Shown here one piece after another: positions 38,190 through 46,943 of a stretch of 56,215 nucleotides of DNA. The stretch is from a virus (Duplodnaviria > Caudoviricetes): positions 1-56,215 of the IMG/VR virus record IMGVR_UViG_3300029998_000036; one strand, given 5' to 3'. The notes under the pieces are model-generated. The model had not been told where the DNA came from. It made no database searches and saw nothing but the letters and a program-made list of their open reading frames with translations. The position numbers and the translations under genes are program-made. Numbering within the stretch: position 1 is the first letter of the stretch; each line of letters opens with the position of its first letter.

Positions 38190-38222
38190 TTTGCTTTATA
38201 AACTATTTTTTATTTATATTTG
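38190..38222 (+). promoter_or_regulatory. FCB-type promoter for the structural operon
   Basis: TTTG 38190-93, 21-bp spacer, TATATTTG 38215-22; upstream of the portal gene. Confidence 0.65.
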
Positions 38223-38269
38223 CAATCAACGAAATTGTCAGAATATGACAAAATACAGGAGTTTCTAAA

Positions 38270-40537
38270 TTGGCTAAAAGTAATGACAAAGTAAAGACTT
38301 ATAATGCTTGGACTAATAGAGCTTCTAGCGCATCTTCAATTGCTTTTAGATATAAAAAGCAATGTGAGGAATTTTACTATTCTGACGTAAATGATACTAA
38401 AACTCAATTTACTGAAAATCAACAAGATAAGATTATTAATACTTATAACATTCCAATAAGTACAAAAATATCTTATGCTATTATAGAACAATTACTTTCC
38501 TTCCTGACCGGTTCAAAACCATTTCCTAGATTAATAGCTGGAGATGACAGCGTATCAGACTTCATAGAATCTTTATCAAAAGGTTATCATGGAGTGTGGT
38601 ATGAATCACGTGCCGATAGAGAGCTTAAAAACGCTCTTAGAGACGCTTTAAATACTGGAGATGGATTCTTACAGGTTAGAGAGAATAACTTCTATAACGA
38701 GACCGCATTCAATGTTATGATTGAACATAAACCATGGAAACATTGGTTCATTGATCCTGATTCTCGTAAGTGTGATTTTAGCGATGCAGAGTTTATTATA
38801 TTCGCTGATATGATACCAGCCAAAAAAGCTGAAAATGAATATGGCATAACAATAGATAAAGAGACTTTAAAGTCAATGCCTGACGGTATTAATGCCTTAG
38901 TAGGTGTTAATATGTCAATACCTGATTATACTTCTTCTTGGGGTTCTGAGGACGTTAAAGTTAAATATGTGCTGTTACGTAAGATTTGGTTTAAAGAAGA
39001 AATTAATGTTTATATGTCAGATGATGGTTTTGTATCAACTCAACGTCCTATCCCAATTGATATACCTAATGAAACTAAACAGCAATTATTATCAGAGATA
39101 CAAAATAATCAAAGTCAAATAGCCCAAGGTTCTCAAACTCAAACTCAAGGTATGCAGTTAGCTGAGAATACTGATCCTTTGATTCAAGCAGATACTGATA
39201 CTCAATTCCAAGAGCAGGTTTCACAGCAAATGGATAATCAAAAAGGTCTTGGACAAACAGATCAAGTATTAGCTCAATTGCAAAATGAGAATCAAGTTAA
39301 AATGAAAGAAGCTTCTCAAATGCCTGATCTAATACCCGGATTTGAATTTACATCTGATTCCGACGGTACTAAAAGACAAATACAATCATTTACCAAAATT
39401 AGACGCAAAAGAATTAAATGCGCTATTATGGTAGGTGATAAGATATTAGAAGAAGATTACTTACCAATAGAACGTTATCCAATAGTTCACTTTACATTCT
39501 CACATAATGGTTCTCCAAATAAGACTTATGGTATAATTCATTATATCATGGACTTGGTTAAAGCTATGAATAAGTTTTGGGCATTGCTAATATATGACAT
39601 GCAATCAAATGGTATGCGTAAAGTATTGGCTCCTAGAACTTCTATTGTGCAAGTTAAGCAATTTGAACAATCATGGAGTACACCGGGTTCATTAAACTTA
39701 TATGAACCTGATCCTTCATTACCAAACAACGGACAACCTATTGTCGTAGATCCGTCACCTATGAATCAAAATATATCTTATATTCTACAAGCGTTCTTAC
39801 AGTTAGTAGAGTACATAACAGGTATTAATTCTATTATGCAGGGCGATGCCGCCGGCGCACCTCAAACAATGGGCGGTATACAGTCCTTACAGTCATTTGG
39901 TACTCAAAGGGTAAAGATGTTCGCTAGAGATATTGAAACGGCTCTAGAGGACTTATCGGTGGCTACAATTGGATTTCTACAAGCTTATGCTCCTAGAGAT
40001 AAATGGATTCAATACTTTGATGCAGAGGATAAACCACAATCAGTTCAATTTCTAGATATGCCAGATGACTTATCATTCAAAGTAAGAGTAGATATTGTTA
40101 ATTCAATGCCTACATATAAACAAATGTTCGCTCAATTACTAGGCTCTATATCAGGTCAAACTAAGAATCCTTATGTAGCAGATGCTTTAACTAAAACAAT
40201 GCTTAAATTAATAGATGCTCCAGAATCAAGACAATTAGCTGAAGATATTGACACAATCAAAATGATGGAAGGACAGATACAAAGTAAGGATAAAGAGACC
40301 AAGGATTTGCAAAATAGAATCAACATGCTAGAGAACAATTTATATCAAGCTGAATTAGCTAATAGAATTGATACAGCTTCTTTAAAGGCTGAAGGCGATA
40401 TTAAAGCTGTTAAAGCTAAACAACAAGCTGAAGCATTAGGGACTGCTGGCGCACCTCACATGAGCGAGATAGAAGCATTAAAACCTAATACTGAACAATT
40501 AGCAAATACTTTTTCACAAATTCCGGTACAAGAATAA
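38270..40537 (+). CDS. Portal protein (P22-like podovirus type)
   Basis: RDALNTGDG, FIDPDSR..DFSDAEFI, YPIVHF, YGII, ITGINSIMQG and a C-terminal coiled coil; first gene of the head module; TTG start with AGGAG RBS. Confidence 0.8.
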   Translation: MAKSNDKVKTYNAWTNRASSASSIAFRYKKQCEEFYYSDVNDTKTQFTENQQDKIINTYNIPISTKISYAIIEQLLSFLTGSKPFPRLIAGDDSVSDFIESLSKGYHGVWYESRADRELKNALRDALNTGDGFLQVRENNFYNETAFNVMIEHKPWKHWFIDPDSRKCDFSDAEFIIFADMIPAKKAENEYGITIDKETLKSMPDGINALVGVNMSIPDYTSSWGSEDVKVKYVLLRKIWFKEEINVYMSDDGFVSTQRPIPIDIPNETKQQLLSEIQNNQSQIAQGSQTQTQGMQLAENTDPLIQADTDTQFQEQVSQQMDNQKGLGQTDQVLAQLQNENQVKMKEASQMPDLIPGFEFTSDSDGTKRQIQSFTKIRRKRIKCAIMVGDKILEEDYLPIERYPIVHFTFSHNGSPNKTYGIIHYIMDLVKAMNKFWALLIYDMQSNGMRKVLAPRTSIVQVKQFEQSWSTPGSLNLYEPDPSLPNNGQPIVVDPSPMNQNISYILQAFLQLVEYITGINSIMQGDAAGAPQTMGGIQSLQSFGTQRVKMFARDIETALEDLSVATIGFLQAYAPRDKWIQYFDAEDKPQSVQFLDMPDDLSFKVRVDIVNSMPTYKQMFAQLLGSISGQTKNPYVADALTKTMLKLIDAPESRQLAEDIDTIKMMEGQIQSKDKETKDLQNRINMLENNLYQAELANRIDTASLKAEGDIKAVKAKQQAEALGTAGAPHMSEIEALKPNTEQLANTFSQIPVQE

Positions 40538-41523
40538 TGGATTTAACTAGCGAAATAGAAGCCGTAAACGCCTTCTGGGGAGACAATACTCAATCAGTCG
40601 ATGAAAGTATCCAAGAAGATATTACAACAGCTACTACGCCTTTAGAAAGCGAAACAGATACATCTGAAGAAGTTGTTGATAATAATATAGAATCTGAAGT
40701 GATAGAAGAAGATTATCCTTCTTTTATTCCTGATGAATATAAGCCTAAGACTTTTAAAGATGAAAAAGAGGAAGTTGAATTCTATCGTCAAAACTATCGT
40801 AAAGCTCTTAATCATTACAAGTCAGAAGAATTTAGCAAGACGTTAAAAGAGCAATATAAAGATTCTCTATTAAAAGAAGAAGAGGATTACGAAACGTTAA
40901 AAAAGATCCATACTTCATTTAAAGATGATCCTGAATTAATGTTTAAATTGTACTATCCAGAGAATTTAGCTAAACGCGGTATTGATGTCCAATTTTCTCC
41001 AGAAGAACAAAATAAAGTAATTAATAGAGTTCTATCAGATTCATTTGGTTCTAACTATAAAGATAAGTATGATCCAAATGAAGCATTAGACGATCCTAGT
41101 TCAATGTCTGCTAAGATGCTAGATAAACAACGTGAAGTTAAACAAGCATTACAAGAAGCTCAAACTAAAGCTGAAGCTAGTATACCTGATCCTAAAGCGT
41201 TAGAAAAGACTATTGTAGAACAACGACAAAAATACTTTAAAAATATTCCTGAAGATGAATTTAACTCATTTATAAAAGAAGTAGAGACATGGCAACCAAC
41301 ACTGCTAGACATCCACCGTGCTAAAAACTTTGATACATACGCTGAACAAGCCTATCAATTAGGTTTAGTTAAAGGTAGAGAAGCCAACGCTCAAGAATTT
41401 AAAAAGGCTGGCAAAACGATCAAACCAAGTAGTCCTGAAGTTAAACCAGAGGAAAAGAGAATGGATAATTATTTCCATGCTTTTTCAAACAGTAACAACG
41501 GATTACCAGATTTTAATTATTAA
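40537..41523 (+). CDS. Capsid scaffolding protein
   Basis: Acidic N-terminus, helical, between portal and capsid genes. Confidence 0.65.
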   Translation: MDLTSEIEAVNAFWGDNTQSVDESIQEDITTATTPLESETDTSEEVVDNNIESEVIEEDYPSFIPDEYKPKTFKDEKEEVEFYRQNYRKALNHYKSEEFSKTLKEQYKDSLLKEEEDYETLKKIHTSFKDDPELMFKLYYPENLAKRGIDVQFSPEEQNKVINRVLSDSFGSNYKDKYDPNEALDDPSSMSAKMLDKQREVKQALQEAQTKAEASIPDPKALEKTIVEQRQKYFKNIPEDEFNSFIKEVETWQPTLLDIHRAKNFDTYAEQAYQLGLVKGREANAQEFKKAGKTIKPSSPEVKPEEKRMDNYFHAFSNSNNGLPDFNY

Positions 41524-41543
41524 TTAAGTTAAAAGGAAAACAA

Positions 41544-43049
41544 ATGGAAGTTCCTCAAGTCAGAGTAGAAGGCGATATATGGTCAGGGTTTTCTGCTACC
41601 GGTACCATACCGGAAAGATTTACTTCTCGTGGTCTAGATAGATTAGGCGAGTTAGCCTTTATTACAAAAGGTACTAACAAGTTTATGTTTTCAGTCCATA
41701 CACGTTTTGGTAAAGCTAAAAGCGTACCTAATCGTGAACACATGGTTACTGAATTGGCAGAACTAGATCGTAGATTTTTTGTAACCGGTACATCAGATTC
41801 TGTTAATGGTAGAATCCATAATAGAATACCAATATCCAATTTACAAGCCGCTCAGTTGCAGTTAAATGATATGCTTATCAATACTAAGCTATATGCTTAC
41901 GTAAAAGGCGTACCTACCGGAGCTACGCAAATGTCACAAACATCTGTTAATAGCAATGGTACGTACAATTCAAATCCAGTCAATATCGGACCAGCGTTAG
42001 GCTATACAACAGGTTATATGCCAACATCAGTAGCGTTCTCTCGTTTATGGGGTAAAGGAGCTAGCAATGAATATTTCGTTGACTACGAACCAATGAAAGT
42101 AGTTCATATCTCTGAGCCAAATGCTATTAGTAGTGGAATAAGTTATATCGTTGTTAATAGATGCTATACCGGACCTCACTCTAGAGATATGGGTGGTTCA
42201 ATGATACCAACAGATATTATCGATACTTCTATTACAGCAGATTTAACTAACGGCGTAATCAAAGAAGGCGATATGTTGTTACGTATGCTACCTGTATTTA
42301 AAGAGGGTACTGGTGCACCTAATGGATTACACAAAAATCCAGTTATCGATAATAACTTTACTCAAGAGTTTAAGTACGCAGTTGAGAAAACAGCTGAATC
42401 TGATATTAACAAAAACTTGTTAAGTAAAACTCCTTTCGAGATCAATAAGATGCTTACAACTAGACGTATGAATATGGATATTGAAAGAACATATCTATTC
42501 GGACGTAAAGGTAAGTCGATGGATCAAAACGGTAAAGTTGAGTATTTGATGGGTGGAGTAGTAGAATCTATTATCAAAGATGATGCTCACATTATCGAAT
42601 ACAAACAACCTGCTTTAACATACCAAGGTTTATTAGATTTAGGACGTCCTATCTTTGAGTTAGGCGGTTCTCAAGAGCGTGATATGTTTGTAGGTTATTC
42701 TCTATATACTGAGTTGAAAAAAGCATTCTATGCTTCCGGTTATTTGAGAACTGATGCTTCTGCTTCTGCTAACTTTGATATTGAGATTGAATCTATTATT
42801 ACCGCCGGCGGTAAGTTAAACATTATTCCTCTATCGACAATGGAAGAGGCCGGTTGGGGTATGAGAGCTTTATGCTTAGATATGTCAGTACCTGCTTTTA
42901 CTCCTGTTACACATGACGGTTGGGATATGCGTTATGAACCTGATATTCAAGAGAAAGGTACTAATATGAAAAAAGATCAAATTATCGGTATCAAAGGTTT
43001 GGAACGTAAATACTTAGAATATCAATCTATCGTTAATTTTGATTTATAG
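41544..43049 (+). CDS. Major capsid protein (SU10/DUF5309-like, HK97 fold)
   Basis: NFTQEF, DIERTYLFGRK and MGGV motifs; follows the scaffold gene. Confidence 0.75.
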   Translation: MEVPQVRVEGDIWSGFSATGTIPERFTSRGLDRLGELAFITKGTNKFMFSVHTRFGKAKSVPNREHMVTELAELDRRFFVTGTSDSVNGRIHNRIPISNLQAAQLQLNDMLINTKLYAYVKGVPTGATQMSQTSVNSNGTYNSNPVNIGPALGYTTGYMPTSVAFSRLWGKGASNEYFVDYEPMKVVHISEPNAISSGISYIVVNRCYTGPHSRDMGGSMIPTDIIDTSITADLTNGVIKEGDMLLRMLPVFKEGTGAPNGLHKNPVIDNNFTQEFKYAVEKTAESDINKNLLSKTPFEINKMLTTRRMNMDIERTYLFGRKGKSMDQNGKVEYLMGGVVESIIKDDAHIIEYKQPALTYQGLLDLGRPIFELGGSQERDMFVGYSLYTELKKAFYASGYLRTDASASANFDIEIESIITAGGKLNIIPLSTMEEAGWGMRALCLDMSVPAFTPVTHDGWDMRYEPDIQEKGTNMKKDQIIGIKGLERKYLEYQSIVNFDL

Positions 43050-43058
43050 GAGTTATAA

Positions 43059-43577
43059 ATGAAAAAACTTATCTTATTGGTTATAGCATTATTGTCATTT
43101 ACAGTAATCTCTCAAGCTCAATATACAAGTCCTAAATTACTAGAAGAAATTGGTAGATATAGTTTCGGTAAAATGGACACAGTTTCAACTACTTATACTA
43201 TCACTTCAGACGCCTTTGGATTAGATGTAAAAGATTCTATTGCCTTTGCAGTTGAGTATCAAATTATAGATTCGACTACTCGTACAATTTGGGAAATTGA
43301 TTCTATTATGGTTAATATCTCTGATACATTGAAATTTGCTCCATTACCATTTAGCGCAGTTAGACGAGCTTCTACATATACGACTATAGCTAATTTAACT
43401 ACTGGATGGGTAGCTGGAGTATCACCTGAAGGATGTCATGTTACTAAAGGTATGACAATGAATTATGGATACTTGAAAGGAGGTTGCCAGATTGTTATAG
43501 TTCCTAAATCTGGTAAATTCCCTGTTAAATGGCGTAATAGAACGTTGAGAGTAATTTTATATAAAATATCACGATAG
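43059..43577 (+). CDS. Signal-peptide-bearing beta-rich protein
   Basis: MKKLILLVIALLSFTVISQA/Q Sec-type signal. Confidence 0.65.
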   Translation: MKKLILLVIALLSFTVISQAQYTSPKLLEEIGRYSFGKMDTVSTTYTITSDAFGLDVKDSIAFAVEYQIIDSTTRTIWEIDSIMVNISDTLKFAPLPFSAVRRASTYTTIANLTTGWVAGVSPEGCHVTKGMTMNYGYLKGGCQIVIVPKSGKFPVKWRNRTLRVILYKISR

Positions 43578-43585
43578 GAGATAAA

Positions 43586-43864
43586 ATGTTAGGAGAAGTA
43601 TTTCAATTAAGAAATTATGAAAGAACTTGGGGTGAAGGTCCCGGCGACAAATTAATATTTGTACGCGAAGTAACCTTAGTTGCTGGAACTGCTTCAATTG
43701 ATATGAGTATGACACTTCGTAAAGGAGCAACAGTTGATTATATATTAGCTAAACAAGTTACTATAGATAAAACTGCTGGTACAATAGCAATTAGTAATGT
43801 AGCAATTACAGATACAGCTACTGTTAAAGTTCTTATAATTGCTAATGCGGCGGATTTAGCATGA
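43586..43864 (+). CDS. Putative capsid decoration protein
   Basis: 92-aa beta-rich protein after the MCP; positional inference. Confidence 0.4.
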   Translation: MLGEVFQLRNYERTWGEGPGDKLIFVREVTLVAGTASIDMSMTLRKGATVDYILAKQVTIDKTAGTIAISNVAITDTATVKVLIIANAADLA

Positions 43865-44607
43865 TAACAAGACTAGATGCACACTTAAGTCTAGCCAACT
43901 CATTAGGGGACTCCGTAAGGAGTCCTTTATTGAGTGAGGTTGATATTCCTAATGGAGCCAGATATTCTACAAAGGAAAGAGATAGTTATTTGTATAGAGC
44001 TATGTTAGCTACACTTGACGAAGTTCTAGCGGCAGTACAATCATTAGAACGTAAAGACGCTAATATAGCTTTGTCCAGACTTATACCTTCTCATATCACT
44101 ACGACTGGAGCCACATACAGTAAAGTTGATCGTAAGGTTGATTTGCCTAGCGATGTTAAAATAGCTTGGATATTACAAGTATCTGCTGAATCTAATTTTA
44201 CTAATGCTAATAGCGATAATAAAATACCTATTCATATAATTAGTGATCCTTCTAAAGTTGCTAATGCTAGATTGTCTTTACGTCCAGATGCTTATGGTTA
44301 TTACTATCAGTTCTCGCAGAAAATAGATATATCAGATGAACATTTGGAAATTAAGGATGGTGGTATAGTAGAAGTTAGATATATACCTTATCCGGCTAAT
44401 CCAGCTAAACAAGCTTTAGATGCTATTGCAGGTAATGAGAAACCTTGGTTAGTTGAAATACAATTTGAGAATAGATACTTCCCTAGAGTATTACAATTAG
44501 CTTCTATGTATGCTTGGCAGGATTCAGAGGATTTAGAGAATGCTCAATTAATGGGACAAACAATTAAACCTATCGGAGTAAATAACAATGCCAATAGCCA
44601 GCGTTAA
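43861..44607 (+). CDS. Head-tail adaptor/ring-like protein 1
   Basis: Helical N-terminus (RYSTKERDSYLYRA), beta core ending VRYIPYP, C-terminal helix pair. Confidence 0.5.
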   Translation: MITRLDAHLSLANSLGDSVRSPLLSEVDIPNGARYSTKERDSYLYRAMLATLDEVLAAVQSLERKDANIALSRLIPSHITTTGATYSKVDRKVDLPSDVKIAWILQVSAESNFTNANSDNKIPIHIISDPSKVANARLSLRPDAYGYYYQFSQKIDISDEHLEIKDGGIVEVRYIPYPANPAKQALDAIAGNEKPWLVEIQFENRYFPRVLQLASMYAWQDSEDLENAQLMGQTIKPIGVNNNANSQR

Positions 44608-45454
44608 TCAGAATAATACTATTCAACCATTATCTAAAGTTTGGACACATCAAAGACTTGTATCTGAAGCTATGGTTATTACTGGAACAGCTGATCATGA
44701 ATACGTCCACATGGATCATGTAAGAGCGCACGCTAACTTAGCTATATCTAATATAGCTGATATGCTAAATACTAATTCTTATCCATGGTACGGTGTTACA
44801 TTTAAAGCTACATTTGAGAACCAATTGCATTCATCTGGATTAGAGTATGTTGATTTAACTTCTACTACCGTTGGTATAGATTCGATTACTAGAGTTAGTA
44901 TTGTAAAGGCATTAGATACTACAGGTAATCCAATATCATTTGCCGGCAATGTTATTAAAAAAGATATATCTGAATTAACTCAATTAGACACTTATCATAA
45001 TAGCGGTTGGAGACACTCAGTTGCTTGGACACATCATGGAGACGATTTAGTATTCTTTGTAGGTCCTAGTATAACAACAACTAATCGTGCTACATTACTA
45101 GCTCCATTCTATACTAGCAATATGTACAGAGCAGATTATCAGATTGTAGGTACTGATCCTTATATTAGTATCTGGGCATATAGACAACCTCAATTAGACA
45201 ATGGCTTACCACCATTAGCAGTTGGTACTGGATTTACTATGTTTGTAGATCTACCTGATAAGTTTATGAGATTGTGTTTGCAGATGGTTCAAAAGATGAT
45301 ATTAGAACAATTGAACCAACAGGTACCTGCTCAGTTAGAACAATTGATAGATCAATCAATACAACAGTTAAATCAAAAGGTAGGTCAGGAAGTACAATTC
45401 GAGAAATCTGAAAGAGAGAAAACTAGATACGGTAACCAACAATCAAGAGGATAA
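44588..45454 (+). CDS. Head-tail adaptor/ring-like protein 2
   Basis: ANLAISNI...AYRQP...VDLPDKFMRL architecture. Confidence 0.5.
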   Translation: MPIASVNQNNTIQPLSKVWTHQRLVSEAMVITGTADHEYVHMDHVRAHANLAISNIADMLNTNSYPWYGVTFKATFENQLHSSGLEYVDLTSTTVGIDSITRVSIVKALDTTGNPISFAGNVIKKDISELTQLDTYHNSGWRHSVAWTHHGDDLVFFVGPSITTTNRATLLAPFYTSNMYRADYQIVGTDPYISIWAYRQPQLDNGLPPLAVGTGFTMFVDLPDKFMRLCLQMVQKMILEQLNQQVPAQLEQLIDQSIQQLNQKVGQEVQFEKSEREKTRYGNQQSRG

Positions 45455-45455
45455 A

Positions 45456-45605
45456 ATGACTAAGTGTAAATTGAAGCAAGGCGACTTTTGTATGAATCGC
45501 GGTAGACAATTTAAGTTATATAATGGCAAGATACCAAAAAAGGTTTGCAAAGAAGGAATTTTAACTAAAGACGATATTTGTAAAAATTGTTTAGAGAAAG
45601 TATAA
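45456..45605 (+). CDS. Small Cys-rich basic protein (49 aa)
   Basis: MTKCK...FCM...VCK...ICKNC; GAGG RBS; TAATG-coupled to the CHAP gene. Confidence 0.5.
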   Translation: MTKCKLKQGDFCMNRGRQFKLYNGKIPKKVCKEGILTKDDICKNCLEKV

Positions 45606-46132
45606 TGACAAAAGAACAATTATTAGGAAATTTAGTATTTCAAGTAGCTAACAGTTATGTTGGTCAAAAAGAAGTTGGTAATAACGCTGGTTGGGTAGAT
45701 AAAAAGTTTGAAGCTAAAATGGTAGCAATGGGATGGCAAATTGGTTGGTCATGGTGTGCTATATTCTACAAGCTATGCCTCAAAGAAGCCCTAGAGCAAT
45801 ACTATTCAATGCCACATGACAATTCTATCGTTAAAGATATTTTAAAGGTTTATACGCCCTCTGTGTTACGTACAGTAGCTAATAGAAAAGAAGATTTAAG
45901 TTTGACTGATTTTACAGTTGGTTCTGCAGTATGTTGGCAAACTGGTAATTCGACTGGTCATGTAGGTATACTTATGACAGCTCCTAATAACGATGGCATA
46001 TTCTGGACTATCGAAGGTAATACCTCTGACCATAACAATAGCAATGGCGATATGGTAATGTCACGTAAACGTAGTTTGAAGAGTACGGATAAATTTAAAT
46101 TACTTGGATTTATTAAACCTAGAGTAATCTAA
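45605..46132 (+). CDS. CHAP-domain peptidoglycan hydrolase (endolysin candidate)
   Basis: WCAIF (Cys), GHVGI (His), TIEGNT, LGFIKP; start trimmed to the coupled ATG 45605. Confidence 0.85.
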   Translation: MTKEQLLGNLVFQVANSYVGQKEVGNNAGWVDKKFEAKMVAMGWQIGWSWCAIFYKLCLKEALEQYYSMPHDNSIVKDILKVYTPSVLRTVANRKEDLSLTDFTVGSAVCWQTGNSTGHVGILMTAPNNDGIFWTIEGNTSDHNNSNGDMVMSRKRSLKSTDKFKLLGFIKPRVI

Positions 46133-46941
46133 TGCCTAAATTAGTAATAAATGTATTAAGCGATGTACAATCTGATATTGGCGATCTAGCTAAAGAGATA
46201 ATTCAAAATGGTGAATATTTAGATTTACTTAATTTAACTATCAATGATGTAGCTAGAGAAACTGAAACTTGGGTTGCTAGATGGACAGGTACTCCTGTAA
46301 CTGTTACAGGCTCTACTCCAGTCTTTTCAGTATTTGTTCCATACAAGAATGCGGCTAATGAAGTTATCGCTCCATATCGCATTCTAAGAGCTATTAGGAC
46401 TAATGGATTACAGACACTTGAAACTAGAGAATATTCTATACAGACTATACAATCTACTGGAGCCGGTAATCTTTCGTTTAGTGGTAATACAAGTATAGTA
46501 CCAATGTCAGCGTTTGCTACACAAAGAGATTCTACTGATGGCTTTGTATTAACATTTCCTTCTGCTATCTTATTAGATGAAACTATTGTAATTGACTTTA
46601 TCACTTCTCAACCTTATGATCTAGAGGTTTGGGACGCTTCATTAATAAGTGGTAAAGTAACATCAAATGTATCATTAGCAGTTAAGCAAGACTTTGCTAA
46701 TCAAAATCAAGCAATTCAAAGTATAGTACCTGATTTTATTTATCCTACTATAAGATACGGTTTATTATTTAGGATATTAGAGAGAATGTTTATGCAAGGT
46801 AATATGAATATTCAAGCTCAGTTAGGATATGCCAAAAATGCTTATGATAAAGAAATGAGAAAATCTAAGTTTCATGCTCAAATGCCAAAAGACAATCAGT
46901 CAAGTATTCAACATCAAGCACATAATTTCTTACCGGAATAA
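46132..46941 (+). CDS. Head-tail adaptor/ring-like protein 3
   Basis: LLNLTINDVARET...VPDFIYPTIRYGLLFRIL architecture. Confidence 0.55.
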   Translation: MPKLVINVLSDVQSDIGDLAKEIIQNGEYLDLLNLTINDVARETETWVARWTGTPVTVTGSTPVFSVFVPYKNAANEVIAPYRILRAIRTNGLQTLETREYSIQTIQSTGAGNLSFSGNTSIVPMSAFATQRDSTDGFVLTFPSAILLDETIVIDFITSQPYDLEVWDASLISGKVTSNVSLAVKQDFANQNQAIQSIVPDFIYPTIRYGLLFRILERMFMQGNMNIQAQLGYAKNAYDKEMRKSKFHAQMPKDNQSSIQHQAHNFLPE

Positions 46942-46943
46942 AA

